Positions 9,603 through 20,115 of a DNA stretch of 64,000 nt are shown here, piece after piece (position 1 is the first letter of the stretch; each line of letters begins with the position of its first letter). This DNA is from Spirochaetia bacterium. GTDB taxonomy: Bacteria; Spirochaetota; Spirochaetia; CADAEX01. Location of the stretch: positions 3,808,001-3,872,000 of the forward strand of contig OY759746.1 of NCBI GenBank assembly GCA_963662795.1, written 5' to 3'. The notes under the pieces are model-generated. The model was not told the origin of the DNA, did not search any database, and saw only the letters and a list, made by a program, of their open reading frames with translations. The position numbers and the translations under genes are program-made.

Positions 9603-10007
9603 ATGAACTTGAAGATATCAGATGGTAATTTACCAGATTATATACATATAAGCATTGATGAATATCCAACTCCCGCTAATTTTGAATTATTGGTTGAGGA
9701 GATTTTTTCTTTACCGTTATGAAAATCAGGATTAAATGTAATAATTAACATTATAGAAGAGAATAACCAAACCTTTTCACTGGATGATGTGTATTTATAT
9801 GAAAGAATAATATCCAGACATCTGGATAAACTAAAAAAATCACATTGCGCTGTAGTTTTAATAGATTTATGCAACCCTGATATTCACGAAATTTTCAAAT
9901 TGATAATTCAGCATAAGTCCAACAAAAGAATCCGTTTATTTTGCACTGAAAATGAAGCTGTTGCCTGGATAAAAGAAATTATCAGTAAAACAGTTGTTAC
10001 AGACTGA
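9603..10007 (+). pseudogene. SpoIIAA/STAS-SEC14-like small protein with an internal TGA (9720-9722)
   Basis: Single frame MNLKISDG..IFSLPL*KSGLNVIIN..IRLFCTENEAVAWI; the C-terminal F..E.EA..W pattern fits SpoIIAA-like proteins. Confidence 0.55.
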
Positions 10008-10152
10008 TTAAATATTTAAAGATAAAAAAGGGGAAAACCCTTATGTGTCAACAGAAGGAAACTGCTTTTCATATCCGCGAGGCGGTGATAAACATAACAA
10101 TATTTCCACCCCTGAAATCAGGGTTCAACTAATGTGTCTTATTATCTGATCA

Positions 10153-12228
10153 TTATTCAACCTTGAATTTGACAACCTCTGATGTTAACTCCTGAAGATT
10201 AGTTTTTGTATCCTGAGTAATTTTATTTACATTCTGGACTGCAATATTAATTTGTGCAGCACCGGATGCCATTTCATCCATGCCATTACTCATTTCTACA
10301 GTTATATTTGTTAGATTATTCATCTCATTGAGTACTTCTTTACTTCCTGATCGCATTTGTGATGAGCCATTTTGAACTTGTGTTGTTATATTATTTATTT
10401 CCTCAAGGGCCTGAAGAATCTGTACACTACCAGTACTTTGTTCATCCATTGCGTTTTTAATCTCCGTTTCCTGATTTTTAACCATATTCAAGTTCTCTAC
10501 TATCTTTGAAAATTGCAACTGAGATTTATCTGACAAAACGGCAGCCGAATTTATCTGAGTTTTTAAATTCTTCAGGACATTCGAAATAGCTTTTCCTTGA
10601 GATGAAGAATTTTCTGCCAATTTTCTTATTTCATCCGCTACAACAGCAAATCCTCTCCCAGAATCCCCGGCATGTGCAGCCTCTATTGCAGCATTCATTG
10701 CCAGAAGGTTTGTCTGACTTGCTATGCTTTGAATAATATTACTGGCATCAATTAAACCATCTGAATCATTTTCTATTACCTGCATTATTTCAACAACTTC
10801 ATGAATACCAATTTTCCCTGATTCTGAAGCCGTAAGTAATTCTTCCATGGAAATTGCGTTTTTATTTAATATTCCTGCAACAGATTTTATATTTGCAACC
10901 ATTTCTTCTATTGATGATGAAGACTCTGTAATTGCTGAGGTTTGACTGCTAATTAATGTATCGAGATTTATAATATGTTTTTCTATTTCTTCAACTGTTG
11001 AATGAGTTTCAGTAACTGATGCTGACTGATTTACTATCTGCTGTTTCAAACTGGAAATATTTGCAGAAATCTGATTCATGGAGGATGCTGTTTCAGTCAT
11101 ATTTGAAGATAAATCGTTAACAACTTCTGCTAATCTGCCGGTCGATTCTTTTGTTGTCAAAACCATTTGTGCAAGACTATTCATTGATAGATTATAATAT
11201 TTGGCAACCTGCCCTATTTCATCACCTGAAGAATCTTCAAGTCTACGGGTAAGGTCTCCATTTCCTTCTGAGATTTCCTTGAATATATTAGCCATTTTTC
11301 TAATTGTTCCAGATATTCTAAAACTCAAATAAATACCAATTGCTATTATAAGCAGAGTTGCAATGCTAATAATGGCCCCAATTGTAGCATAAGAGGAAAT
11401 AATTGTTTTTAATGTATTACTTTGAATGTTACTTGTTGATTTAACAAATTCTTTATCCAGGTTATCGAGCAATATTCCAATGTCATTTTCAAGATTCTTT
11501 ACCTTATTTATATTACTTACATATTCTGTACAAATTCTGCTAATTTCCATATTAGATTTTTGGGCGACAATTGGCATTTCCCGAAATGGAGTATTCGATA
11601 ATTTCTCGATATCCACTTCTGTATTTTGAATAAGTCCTTCAATAAATGATAAAAGATCTTCTGCTGCATTATTATCATATGAGATTTGATAGAACAAAGA
11701 GTGTATATTTAAATTGTTAACTGTATTTATATGTGCACCAATAATTACTTGTTTTTCCAGAGCTGATACAGGAATACCTTTTATCAAATTCGCTACTACA
11801 AGTTTTATATAGTTATCAGATTGCAACATGGAGGATTTTGTTAATTCCATTACCATTTTTTCTATTTCTATATTTTGATATTTTATAGTTTTAACTTGAT
11901 TAAAATAGTTTTCGAGATTATTAAAATCGTTTAGTAAAGTTGAGTCATTTGAAATAGATTGTTTTATCTCTGTCAAATCAGCAAAAAATTTATTTTCTTT
12001 GTCTATTGTTGGTATTGATTCTTTAATATATAAAGTGCCTTGTTCCTTTAACATTTTCACATTAAATGAAAGATTTAGAATATCATCAACTTTTTTCATA
12101 TTTTGTTTTGAATTAGAAATAGCGCTAAATAACTGACTTGAAAATATTAAAATAACAAAAACCTGAATTAGTGCGGGAATTAATAATTTTGTTCGTAAAT
12201 TTAGTGATTTTTTTGAGTATTTACGCAT
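10153..12228 (-). CDS. Methyl-accepting chemotaxis protein
   Basis: Two TMs, HAMP (GDLTRRL..DEIG), signalling hairpin [35 protein letters not shown]; ATG at 12228 follows GGAG. Confidence 0.95.
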   Translation of the reverse strand: MRKYSKKSLNLRTKLLIPALIQVFVILIFSSQLFSAISNSKQNMKKVDDILNLSFNVKMLKEQGTLYIKESIPTIDKENKFFADLTEIKQSISNDSTLLNDFNNLENYFNQVKTIKYQNIEIEKMVMELTKSSMLQSDNYIKLVVANLIKGIPVSALEKQVIIGAHINTVNNLNIHSLFYQISYDNNAAEDLLSFIEGLIQNTEVDIEKLSNTPFREMPIVAQKSNMEISRICTEYVSNINKVKNLENDIGILLDNLDKEFVKSTSNIQSNTLKTIISSYATIGAIISIATLLIIAIGIYLSFRISGTIRKMANIFKEISEGNGDLTRRLEDSSGDEIGQVAKYYNLSMNSLAQMVLTTKESTGRLAEVVNDLSSNMTETASSMNQISANISSLKQQIVNQSASVTETHSTVEEIEKHIINLDTLISSQTSAITESSSSIEEMVANIKSVAGILNKNAISMEELLTASESGKIGIHEVVEIMQVIENDSDGLIDASNIIQSIASQTNLLAMNAAIEAAHAGDSGRGFAVVADEIRKLAENSSSQGKAISNVLKNLKTQINSAAVLSDKSQLQFSKIVENLNMVKNQETEIKNAMDEQSTGSVQILQALEEINNITTQVQNGSSQMRSGSKEVLNEMNNLTNITVEMSNGMDEMASGAAQINIAVQNVNKITQDTKTNLQELTSEVVKFKVE

Positions 12229-12803
12229 AACTTTCTCCACTTTCAATATTAATATAATTTTTAATTTCAAATACAATTTTTGATAAACTTTATTTATTAC
12301 TTACATATAAGAATTTGTCAATATAGTAGCTATATTATTTATCATTAAACACTATCCATGTTAATCATTACTTTTTAGGATAACAATAGAATCTCTTGAA
12401 GGAACAATTCAAGAAATTACTTATGGACGGTATCGATATGAAAGGCTTAAACCTCCATTCAAATAGATTCGCATTTATATATTTTACATTGTAAGTTAGA
12501 TTTACCCGTAAGTAGTAGAAAAACAATGGTAATATTCTGCATCACTCAACAATATCCAACAAATTCCCAAGCAGTCGACAATAATTGAAAATACCTTACA
12601 CTTATAAAGCCCGCCCTTAGCTTCCAGCCGTACAGTCTGGACAAGATCAAAACTCTTGCTGCTTTAAAATCTCCTCCCACACCAGCGCCTCCTGCTCTGT
12701 CAGCAGCAGATCAAAACCGGCATTAAGATTGTACTGAAAAAAATTTGATTTTTATACGTTACATAACTATACTTATTTAAGTTCACATCAAAAGAAGGTA
12801 ACA

Positions 12804-13193
12804 ATGTCGTGCCAGTTTTTAAAATCAGCCGATGATGATTATTTAACCTTATTTTATACTGGAAAAGTTAATCGTGAAATAATATTTGATAATACGATAA
12901 AGGCTCACAAATTTGGCAGAAAGAATGGAATAAAAAAGTATTTTACCGATTTAACAAAAGCAATTAATACTGACGATAAGAAAACTGTCACTGACTTTAT
13001 TGCAATTGATATGAAAAAATCAGCTTTTATTGATAAGGAAGCTGTTGTTGCAATTTTTGTTGCCCCCGATGATAATTCTCATGATTTTATTGAAGCTGTT
13101 TCTGAAAAAAATGGTTATAATGTAAAGCTTTTTAGGGACCGGGAAAAGGCTATTAAATACCTTCAGGAAACTAAAAATCCGGCTATCTCCTGA
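12804..13193 (+). CDS. Hypothetical SpoIIAA/STAS-SEC14-like protein
   Basis: 129 aa; ..VAIFVAP..DFIEAV..NGYNVKLFRDREKAIKYL. Confidence 0.6.
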   Translation: MSCQFLKSADDDYLTLFYTGKVNREIIFDNTIKAHKFGRKNGIKKYFTDLTKAINTDDKKTVTDFIAIDMKKSAFIDKEAVVAIFVAPDDNSHDFIEAVSEKNGYNVKLFRDREKAIKYLQETKNPAIS

Positions 13194-13283
13194 TATGTCG
13201 AAGTAAGTATTTCACTTAAATCTCATTCAATTCAGCCTCAGTCTCCATTTTTAACAGGTAAAACGGGCGGGATGATTCAACTT

Positions 13284-14417
13284 TTATCTGAATAGTTTTA
13301 AATAATCATCAAAAATAAACAATCTATTTCTTTGATTTTTAGTTGCTTCTTTCAGAATTGATTTTTCAACAAATATTTGGACCAAGGCATTAGCAGCCTT
13401 TGGTGACAAATCCGTTATCATTTGTACTTCTTTTATATTTACTAATGGTTTTGAGAACAATTTGTGTAATAAAATTGATGCTTGACTGGTTCGCTTTCCC
13501 ATAAAATGTATTTTTTCTCTTGTAATAATATCTTTAAGTTCAATTATTTTTTGCAAGGTTAAAACAGCTGTTTTTGAAGTTTGAATTATTCCTGTGAGGA
13601 AAAATTTTATCCACTGCTTGAGATCGTTTTTTTCTCTAACTAATGTTAAATTATCATAATATATTGATTTATTCTTTTCAAAAAAATCTGATAAATATAA
13701 TAATGGTTCTCCCAGAATGCCATTACTTACGAGATATAATGTTATTAGCAATCTTCCAACACGTCCGTTTCCATCAAGAAATGGATGAATTGTTTCAAAT
13801 TGGTAATGTGCAATAGCTATTCGTATTAAATGGGGAATCTTTATTTCCTTATTATTTAGAAATTTTTCAAAATCTGATAATAATTCAGGTAATTCAGTAT
13901 GTATTGGAGGAATAAAAATAGCATCTTTTAACGATGCTCCGCCAATCCAGTTTTGTGAATTTCTAAATTCCCCAGGTGTTTTATGTTCACCGCGTACACT
14001 AGATAACAATACTTTGTGAGCATTTTTAATCAATCTGTTGGATATTGGAAGTTTTTTTAACTCTTCAATAGCAGTATTCATCGCCCGAACATAATTATTT
14101 ACTTCCTTCCAATCATCTTTTTTCTCTGGATCAATATTTTCCTCTTCTATTAGTGCTTCGTCAATATTAGTCTTCGTTCCCTCTATCCTGCTTGATGTAA
14201 CAGCTTCTTTTAAAATATGCATTACGATAAAAACATCTTTATCAGGAATAAACCGTGAAAATGAATTCAACTCTCCTAAATTAAAAGAAGATTCTTCTAA
14301 TAATTCATTTATAACTTCATCGTCCCATGTTAAAGAATGATTAATTTTTTCCAGAAGAAAATACTCATATTGATGGCCTTTTTCCCAATGCCCAGCAACA
14401 AAATCTCTTAAATTCAT
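13284..14417 (-). CDS. Fic family protein (N-terminal helical region, Fic core, C-terminal wHTH)
   Basis: EAVTSSRIEGT, PGEFRNSQNWIGG, canonical HPFLDGNGRVGR. Confidence 0.93.
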   Translation of the reverse strand: MNLRDFVAGHWEKGHQYEYFLLEKINHSLTWDDEVINELLEESSFNLGELNSFSRFIPDKDVFIVMHILKEAVTSSRIEGTKTNIDEALIEEENIDPEKKDDWKEVNNYVRAMNTAIEELKKLPISNRLIKNAHKVLLSSVRGEHKTPGEFRNSQNWIGGASLKDAIFIPPIHTELPELLSDFEKFLNNKEIKIPHLIRIAIAHYQFETIHPFLDGNGRVGRLLITLYLVSNGILGEPLLYLSDFFEKNKSIYYDNLTLVREKNDLKQWIKFFLTGIIQTSKTAVLTLQKIIELKDIITREKIHFMGKRTSQASILLHKLFSKPLVNIKEVQMITDLSPKAANALVQIFVEKSILKEATKNQRNRLFIFDDYLKLFR

Positions 14418-14524
14418 ATCTTTTCCTCTTAATAAAATATAAATATCCTTATTTTACTTTACGGCATTAAAGTAAAATAAGAAATATCTTGTTTTACTTT
14501 TTTTTAAATTTAAGCACCTTATTT

Positions 14525-15258
14525 TTATCCTGTTTTGAAATTCCGGTCTATTTGATCCCTGACTTCCTTATACTGCTGCAGCAGGGTTTCCGGATCCCTG
14601 TGATCATATTCTTTCCTGTAATTTGTATGTCCCATCAGTGCATTAACCGTGTCCTTGTCCGGATACTGCAGTATTTTAGTATCAAAGGTGTGCCGGAGAA
14701 GGAATATTGTGTCCGATCTCCCAGGATAACACCTGGCCCTCACGCAGGATGCCTTAAAATGTTTATTTGAAACATCCTGTTATAATCCGGTATTCCGGGG
14801 AGAAGTAAACAGTAAATCATTTATATTTTGCTGCTTTTCATCAAGGTATTTCTCTGGTTGAATAATAATGCAATATTTTTATAAATTGGGGTCAAGTCAA
14901 CAAATCGCTCATCAATCACTGGAGCATTTATAGCTGATAGAATTAAACCTCCGAATTTCGGTATCCAGTAATTTTGAAGAAGCCCCTCTCCTGAGCGCCA
15001 GTAATCTTCTGAGAAAAACTTTTCTTTTTCTCAAGACTTTTGCGATAACCATATTTATTATTTATAAAAAAACTGTAGAGAAATAGCGGAAAGTCTTAAC
15101 TTTAATGTTTTTATTATCAAAATTACTTAAATATTTTTCAGCAAACCCTACAGTTTCTTCAATATTAGTAGTATCTGTAGAGATTTCTTTACCGGGTAAT
15201 ATTTTAAAAAGAACCTGCATACTTGCCTTTCGTTTTTAAACCGGCAATCATCACTCAT
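14525..15258 (-). pseudogene. Tyrosine recombinase/integrase, frameshifted and internally deleted
   Basis: Pieces in different frames: QVLFKILPGKEISTDT..FAEKYL..TFRYF; LLQNYWIPKFG..LSAINAPVIDE; DLLFTS..SNKHFKASC; LRHTFDT..ALMGHT..YDH (catalytic R-H, H, Y). Confidence 0.8.
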
Positions 15259-15391
15259 AGTATTACCAGTACAAACGACTATTTTAAGGCATCAAGACAG
15301 CAAATAGGGACATTTTCACATCTTAAAGCATTTATGTATAAATAAATATTTATACTATAAAGACTTATAATTATTTATGGCTTAAAACGAA

Positions 15392-15464
15392 AGCCGATGA
15401 CGGGGATCGAACCCATGGCCTGATCATTACGAGTGATCCGCTCTGCCAACTGAGCTACATCGGC
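15392..15464 (-). tRNA. tRNA-Thr (anticodon CGT), CCA not encoded
   Basis: GCCGATG acceptor stem, GCTC/GAGC D-arm, GATCA-CTCGTAA-TGATC anticodon arm, TTCGATC T-loop. Confidence 0.97.
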
Positions 15465-15618
15465 GGTTGACCCGGTCAGTCCGCATCAGTTAAAAATAAA
15501 AGCTGCGTCTGTAACTGCAATCAGCAGTTTACCAGGTAGTAATCCTGCGCTATTTTATTATTTTTACACCTTAATTTTCAAGCCTAAATAATAATTTAAT
15601 CTCTCCATGCAGCAGTTA

Positions 15619-15645
15619 TTAAGTATTTTTTCCCCTCTCCGATAA
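15619..15645 (+). promoter_or_regulatory. Sigma28 (FliA)-type promoter of flgF-flgG
   Basis: TTAAGTAT-N11-TCCGATAA vs consensus TAAAGTTT-N11-GCCGATAA, 30 bp before flgF. Confidence 0.65.
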
Positions 15646-15675
15646 TTAAATCAGGGAATTATTTACGGAGGTTAT

Positions 15676-16524
15676 ATGATAAGAGGATTATATACAGGAG
15701 CATCAGGAATGGTTGCACAGATGCACAGGATGGATGCCCTTACAAATAACCTGGCAAATGTAGACCTTAACGGCTATAAAATGGACACATCCATACATAA
15801 GGCTTTTCCGGAAATGCTTATCAGAAGAATGAGCGACGACGGTGTATATAAATTCCCGATGGGCTCTGCCGATATATCCCCGATTGTCGGAAAACTTGGA
15901 ACAGGGGTCGAGCAGAACGAGGTATATACAGTCTTTACCCAAGGGGCACTCAAGCAGACAGACGGTCCTTTCGACCTTGCAATGGACGGGAAAGGCTTTT
16001 TTGCAGTTCAGACTCCCCTTGGCGAACGCTACACAAGAAATGGGGCTTTTACCCTCGGAAAGGAAGGGCTGCTTCTCACAAAAGAAGGCTATCCTGTCCT
16101 TGGGAAAAACGGGCCTATCAGCATAAAGGAAAATAATTTTGTTATAGACCAGAAAGGGCGTATTTTTGTCAACAAGGCACTGCCGGATGACCCTGACAGA
16201 CTTATTTCAATGATAGAAAATGAATGGCAGCAGACAGAGCAGATTGATTCGCTGAAACTTGTTGAGTTTGAAAGGGAAAGATTTATTAAAAAACAGGGAA
16301 GCTCTCTCTGGATAGACACGCCTGAATCAGGCCCCGCAACAGCAATTGCGGAAGAAAATCTTCCCAAGATAAGACAGGGATTTATTGAGGGTTCAAATGT
16401 AAATCCGGTTGTCGAAATGGTAAAAATGATAGAAGTAAACCGCGCCTATGAAGCTAACCAGAGAGCTGTAAGCAATCATGACGCAATAACCGGCAAGCTG
16501 ATAAACGAAGGCGTAAGGGTCTGA
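15676..16524 (+). CDS. flgF: Flagellar basal-body rod protein FlgF
   Basis: MIRGLYTGASGM..NNLANV..YTRNGAF..EGSNVNPVVEMVKMI; precedes flgG. Confidence 0.85.
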   Translation: MIRGLYTGASGMVAQMHRMDALTNNLANVDLNGYKMDTSIHKAFPEMLIRRMSDDGVYKFPMGSADISPIVGKLGTGVEQNEVYTVFTQGALKQTDGPFDLAMDGKGFFAVQTPLGERYTRNGAFTLGKEGLLLTKEGYPVLGKNGPISIKENNFVIDQKGRIFVNKALPDDPDRLISMIENEWQQTEQIDSLKLVEFERERFIKKQGSSLWIDTPESGPATAIAEENLPKIRQGFIEGSNVNPVVEMVKMIEVNRAYEANQRAVSNHDAITGKLINEGVRV

Positions 16525-16542
16525 TATAAAGGAGAATAGATT

Positions 16543-17337
16543 ATGATGAGATCACTGTGGACTGCGGCATCCGGAATGATTGGGCAGCAGTTCAATATAG
16601 ATACAATTTCCAATAACCTGTCAAACGTAAATACGACAGGATTCAAGCAGACAAGGGCGGAATTTGAGGACCTGCTGTATCAGACAGCAAGGACTGCAGG
16701 GACACCAGCGACCGAGCTTACTGTTGTACCTACCGGTATACAGGTAGGCCATGGCGTAAAAACCGCAGCAACGCAGAAAATCTTTACTCAAGGGTCTCTT
16801 CAGGCAACAGGCAATGTCTCAGACATGGCAATTCAGGGCGAAGGGTTTTTCCGGGTTATGCTTATTGACGGAACATTCGGCTACACAAGGGACGGATCAT
16901 TCAAGATTGACTCAAACGGACAGATACTGAATTCAAACGGCTACAGGCTGATGCCTGAGATAACCCTTCCGGAAGGATTTGTAAGGGAATCGCTTACAGT
17001 AACCCAGGACGGCCGTGTTACCGTAAAGGTAGCCGGAAACGATGATCCGATACTTGTAGGACAGCTTGAAATATACAGGTTTGTAAACCCGGCCGGATTA
17101 AGCTCTATCGGTGAAAACCTTTTTAAAATGACAAATGCTTCCGGCGACCCGATCGGGGGAAGGCCGGCCTATGACGGAATGGGAAGCATAATACATCAGT
17201 TCCTTGAAATGTCGAATGTATCTGTGGTAAAGGAAATGGTTAACATGATTGTTGCCCAGAGGGCATACGAGATCAACTCAAAGGCAATACAGACAAGCGA
17301 TACAATGCTGGGTATTGCGACAGGGCTTAAACGTTAA
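16543..17337 (+). CDS. flgG: Flagellar basal-body distal rod protein FlgG
   Basis: MMRSLWTAASGM..NNLSNVNTTGFK..FEDLLYQ..YTRDGSF..LEMSNV..AQRAYEINSK. Confidence 0.95.
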   Translation: MMRSLWTAASGMIGQQFNIDTISNNLSNVNTTGFKQTRAEFEDLLYQTARTAGTPATELTVVPTGIQVGHGVKTAATQKIFTQGSLQATGNVSDMAIQGEGFFRVMLIDGTFGYTRDGSFKIDSNGQILNSNGYRLMPEITLPEGFVRESLTVTQDGRVTVKVAGNDDPILVGQLEIYRFVNPAGLSSIGENLFKMTNASGDPIGGRPAYDGMGSIIHQFLEMSNVSVVKEMVNMIVAQRAYEINSKAIQTSDTMLGIATGLKR

Positions 17338-17363
17338 TAAATAAACAGAGGGAAAAAAGATAG

Positions 17364-17708
17364 ATGAATACTGTAAATGAGAGCATGATGTTTTATGATA
17401 ACAGCAAAATTGAGCAGTTAAAGGCAGCAGCAGCCGGAAAGAAGTTTACTCCGGAAAACAAGGAACTTTACAACGCCTGCTCCGAATTTGAGACAATCTT
17501 CATAAAACAAATGCTTGACTCCATGAGAAAAACAGTGGAAAAAACCACTCTTTCCGAATCTTCAACAGATACAACAGGGATGAATTATTTTGAGGATATG
17601 CTTTATGATGATTACGCTAAAAAAATGGCAAAAACAGCTAACCTCGGGATAGCCAAAATGATGTACCTGCAGCTATACAAATCAACTTCCAGGCAGGGTG
17701 ATTTTTGA
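17364..17708 (+). CDS. flgJ: Rod-binding protein (short FlgJ, no muramidase domain)
   Basis: ACSEFETIFIKQMLDSMRKTV..FEDMLYDDYAK..LGIAKMMYLQL. Confidence 0.8.
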   Translation: MNTVNESMMFYDNSKIEQLKAAAAGKKFTPENKELYNACSEFETIFIKQMLDSMRKTVEKTTLSESSTDTTGMNYFEDMLYDDYAKKMAKTANLGIAKMMYLQLYKSTSRQGDF

Positions 17709-18637
17709 GCAGATTTGAGTTTAAGATAAAACTTCTAATATCAGGGCTGTTATTATTAACAGCCCTTTTAATTGCAATACTGATCTTTTTCAGGCCCGTG
17801 GATTCACCTGAAATTACGGGTGAGTACCCCGTGGAAACTAATAAAAGTGTTCAGCAAGAAGAAGATGCCGCTATCAGTGAAAATGCTTCCGGCGGCAGTA
17901 ATATTGCATTAAAAACTATTCCGGCTCCGGATAAAAGTGAATACAGGGCTGCGACTGTTAAAAAAAAAGAGAAAGCTCTTTATTTCATAATTGATGATGC
18001 AGGATACAGCCTTGAGAAACTTAAACCCTTCCTTGATTTTCCGGGCAATCTTACTATCGCGGTCCTTCCCGGTCTTGAGTATTCAAGGCAGTCGGCAGAA
18101 CTGGCCCTTGAAAAGGGGAAAAAAGTAATACTTCATCAGCCGATGGATGCAATAAACGGGAACAATACCGGCCCCTTTGCGATAAAAACAGGCATGGATG
18201 AAAAAACAATAACCGCTATTCTGGAAAAAAATATCAACGCCCTTCCCGGGATAACAGGGGTCAACAATCATATGGGATCCGCTGTTACTTCTGATGAAAG
18301 AATGATGGACATAATACTTAAATTTCTGCAAAAGAAGTCTCTTGTATTTATTGACAGCCTAACCACTGCGGAATCGGTCAGTAAAAAATCAGGCGCAAAG
18401 ATCGGCTTCGCTATTGAACAAAGAGATATATTTCTGGATAATGTCGACACTAGGGAAGGGATAATGGAGTCATTAAATACAGGACGCCTGGAAGCGGAAA
18501 ACAAGGGATACGCAATAATGATCGGTCATGTCTGGTCATCAGAACTTGCAGACACGATGATGCAGATATATCCGAATCTGATTGAGGAAGGATTCACCTT
18601 AAAGGATGCAAGCGAATTCCTTTTGGGGGAAGAATAG
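17705..18637 (+). CDS. Divergent polysaccharide deacetylase family protein
   Basis: N-terminal TM, IIDDAG, LHQPM, GVNNHMGS, FIDSLT, RDIFLD, IGH. Confidence 0.88.
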   Translation: MSRFEFKIKLLISGLLLLTALLIAILIFFRPVDSPEITGEYPVETNKSVQQEEDAAISENASGGSNIALKTIPAPDKSEYRAATVKKKEKALYFIIDDAGYSLEKLKPFLDFPGNLTIAVLPGLEYSRQSAELALEKGKKVILHQPMDAINGNNTGPFAIKTGMDEKTITAILEKNINALPGITGVNNHMGSAVTSDERMMDIILKFLQKKSLVFIDSLTTAESVSKKSGAKIGFAIEQRDIFLDNVDTREGIMESLNTGRLEAENKGYAIMIGHVWSSELADTMMQIYPNLIEEGFTLKDASEFLLGEE

Positions 18638-18638
18638 A

Positions 18639-19661
18639 TTGCTTGTTCTGGGAATTGAAACATCCTGTGATGAATCTTCCGCCGCTGTAGTTGAAAACGG
18701 GAATACCCTTCTTTCCAATGTTGTCGCCACACAGATAGAAATCCACAAACCCTATATGGGCGTAGTGCCTGAAATTGCTTCCCGCACTCATGTTGAATGG
18801 ATCAACGGTGTTGTTAAAAAATCACTTTCCGATGCCAGTGTAACGCTTGATAAAATTGATGGTATTGCAGTAACAAACAGGCCCGGCCTTTCAGGCTCAC
18901 TGCTTGTAGGCCTTTCATTCGCCAAAGGGCTTTCATTTGCATCCGGCAAACCGTTTATTGCAGTTGACCATATCCTTGCCCATATTTATTCAGCACATAT
19001 TGAAAATGACATCACCTATCCGTATCTTGCACTTCTAGTATCCGGCGGCCATACGCTTATCGCAGTAGTTAAGGATTATGAGGAAATTGAGGTACTGGGA
19101 ACCACTATTGATGACGCGTGCGGGGAAGCGTTTGACAAGGTCGCAAAATACTATAACCTTGGCTATCCCGGCGGGGTGATAATAGACAAACTTTCAGCCG
19201 CAGGAGATGACAGGGCATTTTCATTCCCCGACCCTTCCCTTCACAAGGGTAATCACCGCTATGATGTTTCATACTCAGGACTTAAAACAGCAGTGATTAA
19301 TCAGCTGGATCACTTTCACAACAGCGGGTATGAAAAATCACATGAAAATATTGCAGCCTCTTTCCAGAAAGCGGCCATAGACATGCTTATCAAGCGGCTG
19401 CTTAAAGCTTCGAAAGATACCGGGATAAAAACCGTTGTCACAGGCGGAGGGGTCGCTGCGAACTCGTACTTAAGAAAATCGCTATCCTCCCTTTCAGAGC
19501 TTAAAGAGTTAACAGTATTCAGCCCTTCACTTAAACTCTGCGGTGACAACGGCGCCATGATAGCAGGGCTTGGATACCATTATCTTAAAAAAGGGATATC
19601 TTCACCTTTTTCCGTTACTGTGTCGCCCCGGGTAACGGGACTCAGAAAGACATATCCATAG
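18639..19661 (+). CDS. tsaD: tRNA N6-threonylcarbamoyltransferase TsaD
   Basis: LGIETSCDES, GVVPEIASRTH, HILAH, LLVSGGHT, TIDDACGEAFDKVA, DNGAMI. Confidence 0.96.
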   Translation: MLVLGIETSCDESSAAVVENGNTLLSNVVATQIEIHKPYMGVVPEIASRTHVEWINGVVKKSLSDASVTLDKIDGIAVTNRPGLSGSLLVGLSFAKGLSFASGKPFIAVDHILAHIYSAHIENDITYPYLALLVSGGHTLIAVVKDYEEIEVLGTTIDDACGEAFDKVAKYYNLGYPGGVIIDKLSAAGDDRAFSFPDPSLHKGNHRYDVSYSGLKTAVINQLDHFHNSGYEKSHENIAASFQKAAIDMLIKRLLKASKDTGIKTVVTGGGVAANSYLRKSLSSLSELKELTVFSPSLKLCGDNGAMIAGLGYHYLKKGISSPFSVTVSPRVTGLRKTYP

Positions 19662-19680
19662 TATTTAAAGGAGAAATAAA

Positions 19681-19857
19681 ATGGAAAACAAGGACAAGCT
19701 TTTATCAGCCATGAAAAAAGCGGGAAAACCGCTTAAAGCAGGAGAAGCAGCAGAGATTTCGGGACTTTCCAAAACCGACGGTGACAAAGCGTTTAAAATT
19801 CTTAAAGACGAAGGTCTTATCGTATCCCCGAAAAGATGCTATTGGGAACCGAAATAA
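19681..19857 (+). CDS. Small winged-helix protein (58 aa, not in ORF track)
   Basis: MENKDKLLSAMKKAGKPLKAGEAAEISGLSKTDGDKAFKILKDEGLIVSPKRCYWEPK with a strong AAGGAG RBS. Confidence 0.8.
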   Translation: MENKDKLLSAMKKAGKPLKAGEAAEISGLSKTDGDKAFKILKDEGLIVSPKRCYWEPK

Positions 19858-20115
19858 CTGAATAATTTTCTTTAGCCCTCAATCGGCTTTCCAGAAATCA
19901 TGAATAATTGCAAAATTTTACTTCAAGATGCATAAATTTATTTGTTAATGGTTTTTCCAAATAAAGTCATTAATATATCGGGTGGAGTCGAAGGTGTTAA
20001 CAGTATATTCCTTGTTTTAACTGTACTGTTCCCTTTTGGTTTCAGGTTATTCCCCCCCCGCGTCCCCGGTCCAAGTTAAGGATGTTTTTGGGAGGTTCTT
20101 CCCCTTACCACTTCA

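Larger units (their letters stand above)
9366..15404. mobile_element. Decayed genomic island integrated at the 3' end of tRNA-Thr(CGT)
   Basis: 15-bp direct repeat AAAGCCGATGACGGG at 9366-9380 and 15390-15404 (tRNA 3' end); integrase pseudogene next to the tRNA; AT-rich cargo. Confidence 0.82.

Noticed and set aside
9720-9722. TGA as Trp (code 4) or selenocysteine
   Set aside because: TGA ends many clear genes in the window (e.g. 4728, 9263, 16524), and no SECIS-like hairpin or Cys-type context is visible.
20052-20059. C8 tract as a phase-variation switch
   Set aside because: It lies downstream of the hsdR stop, not in a supported gene or promoter.
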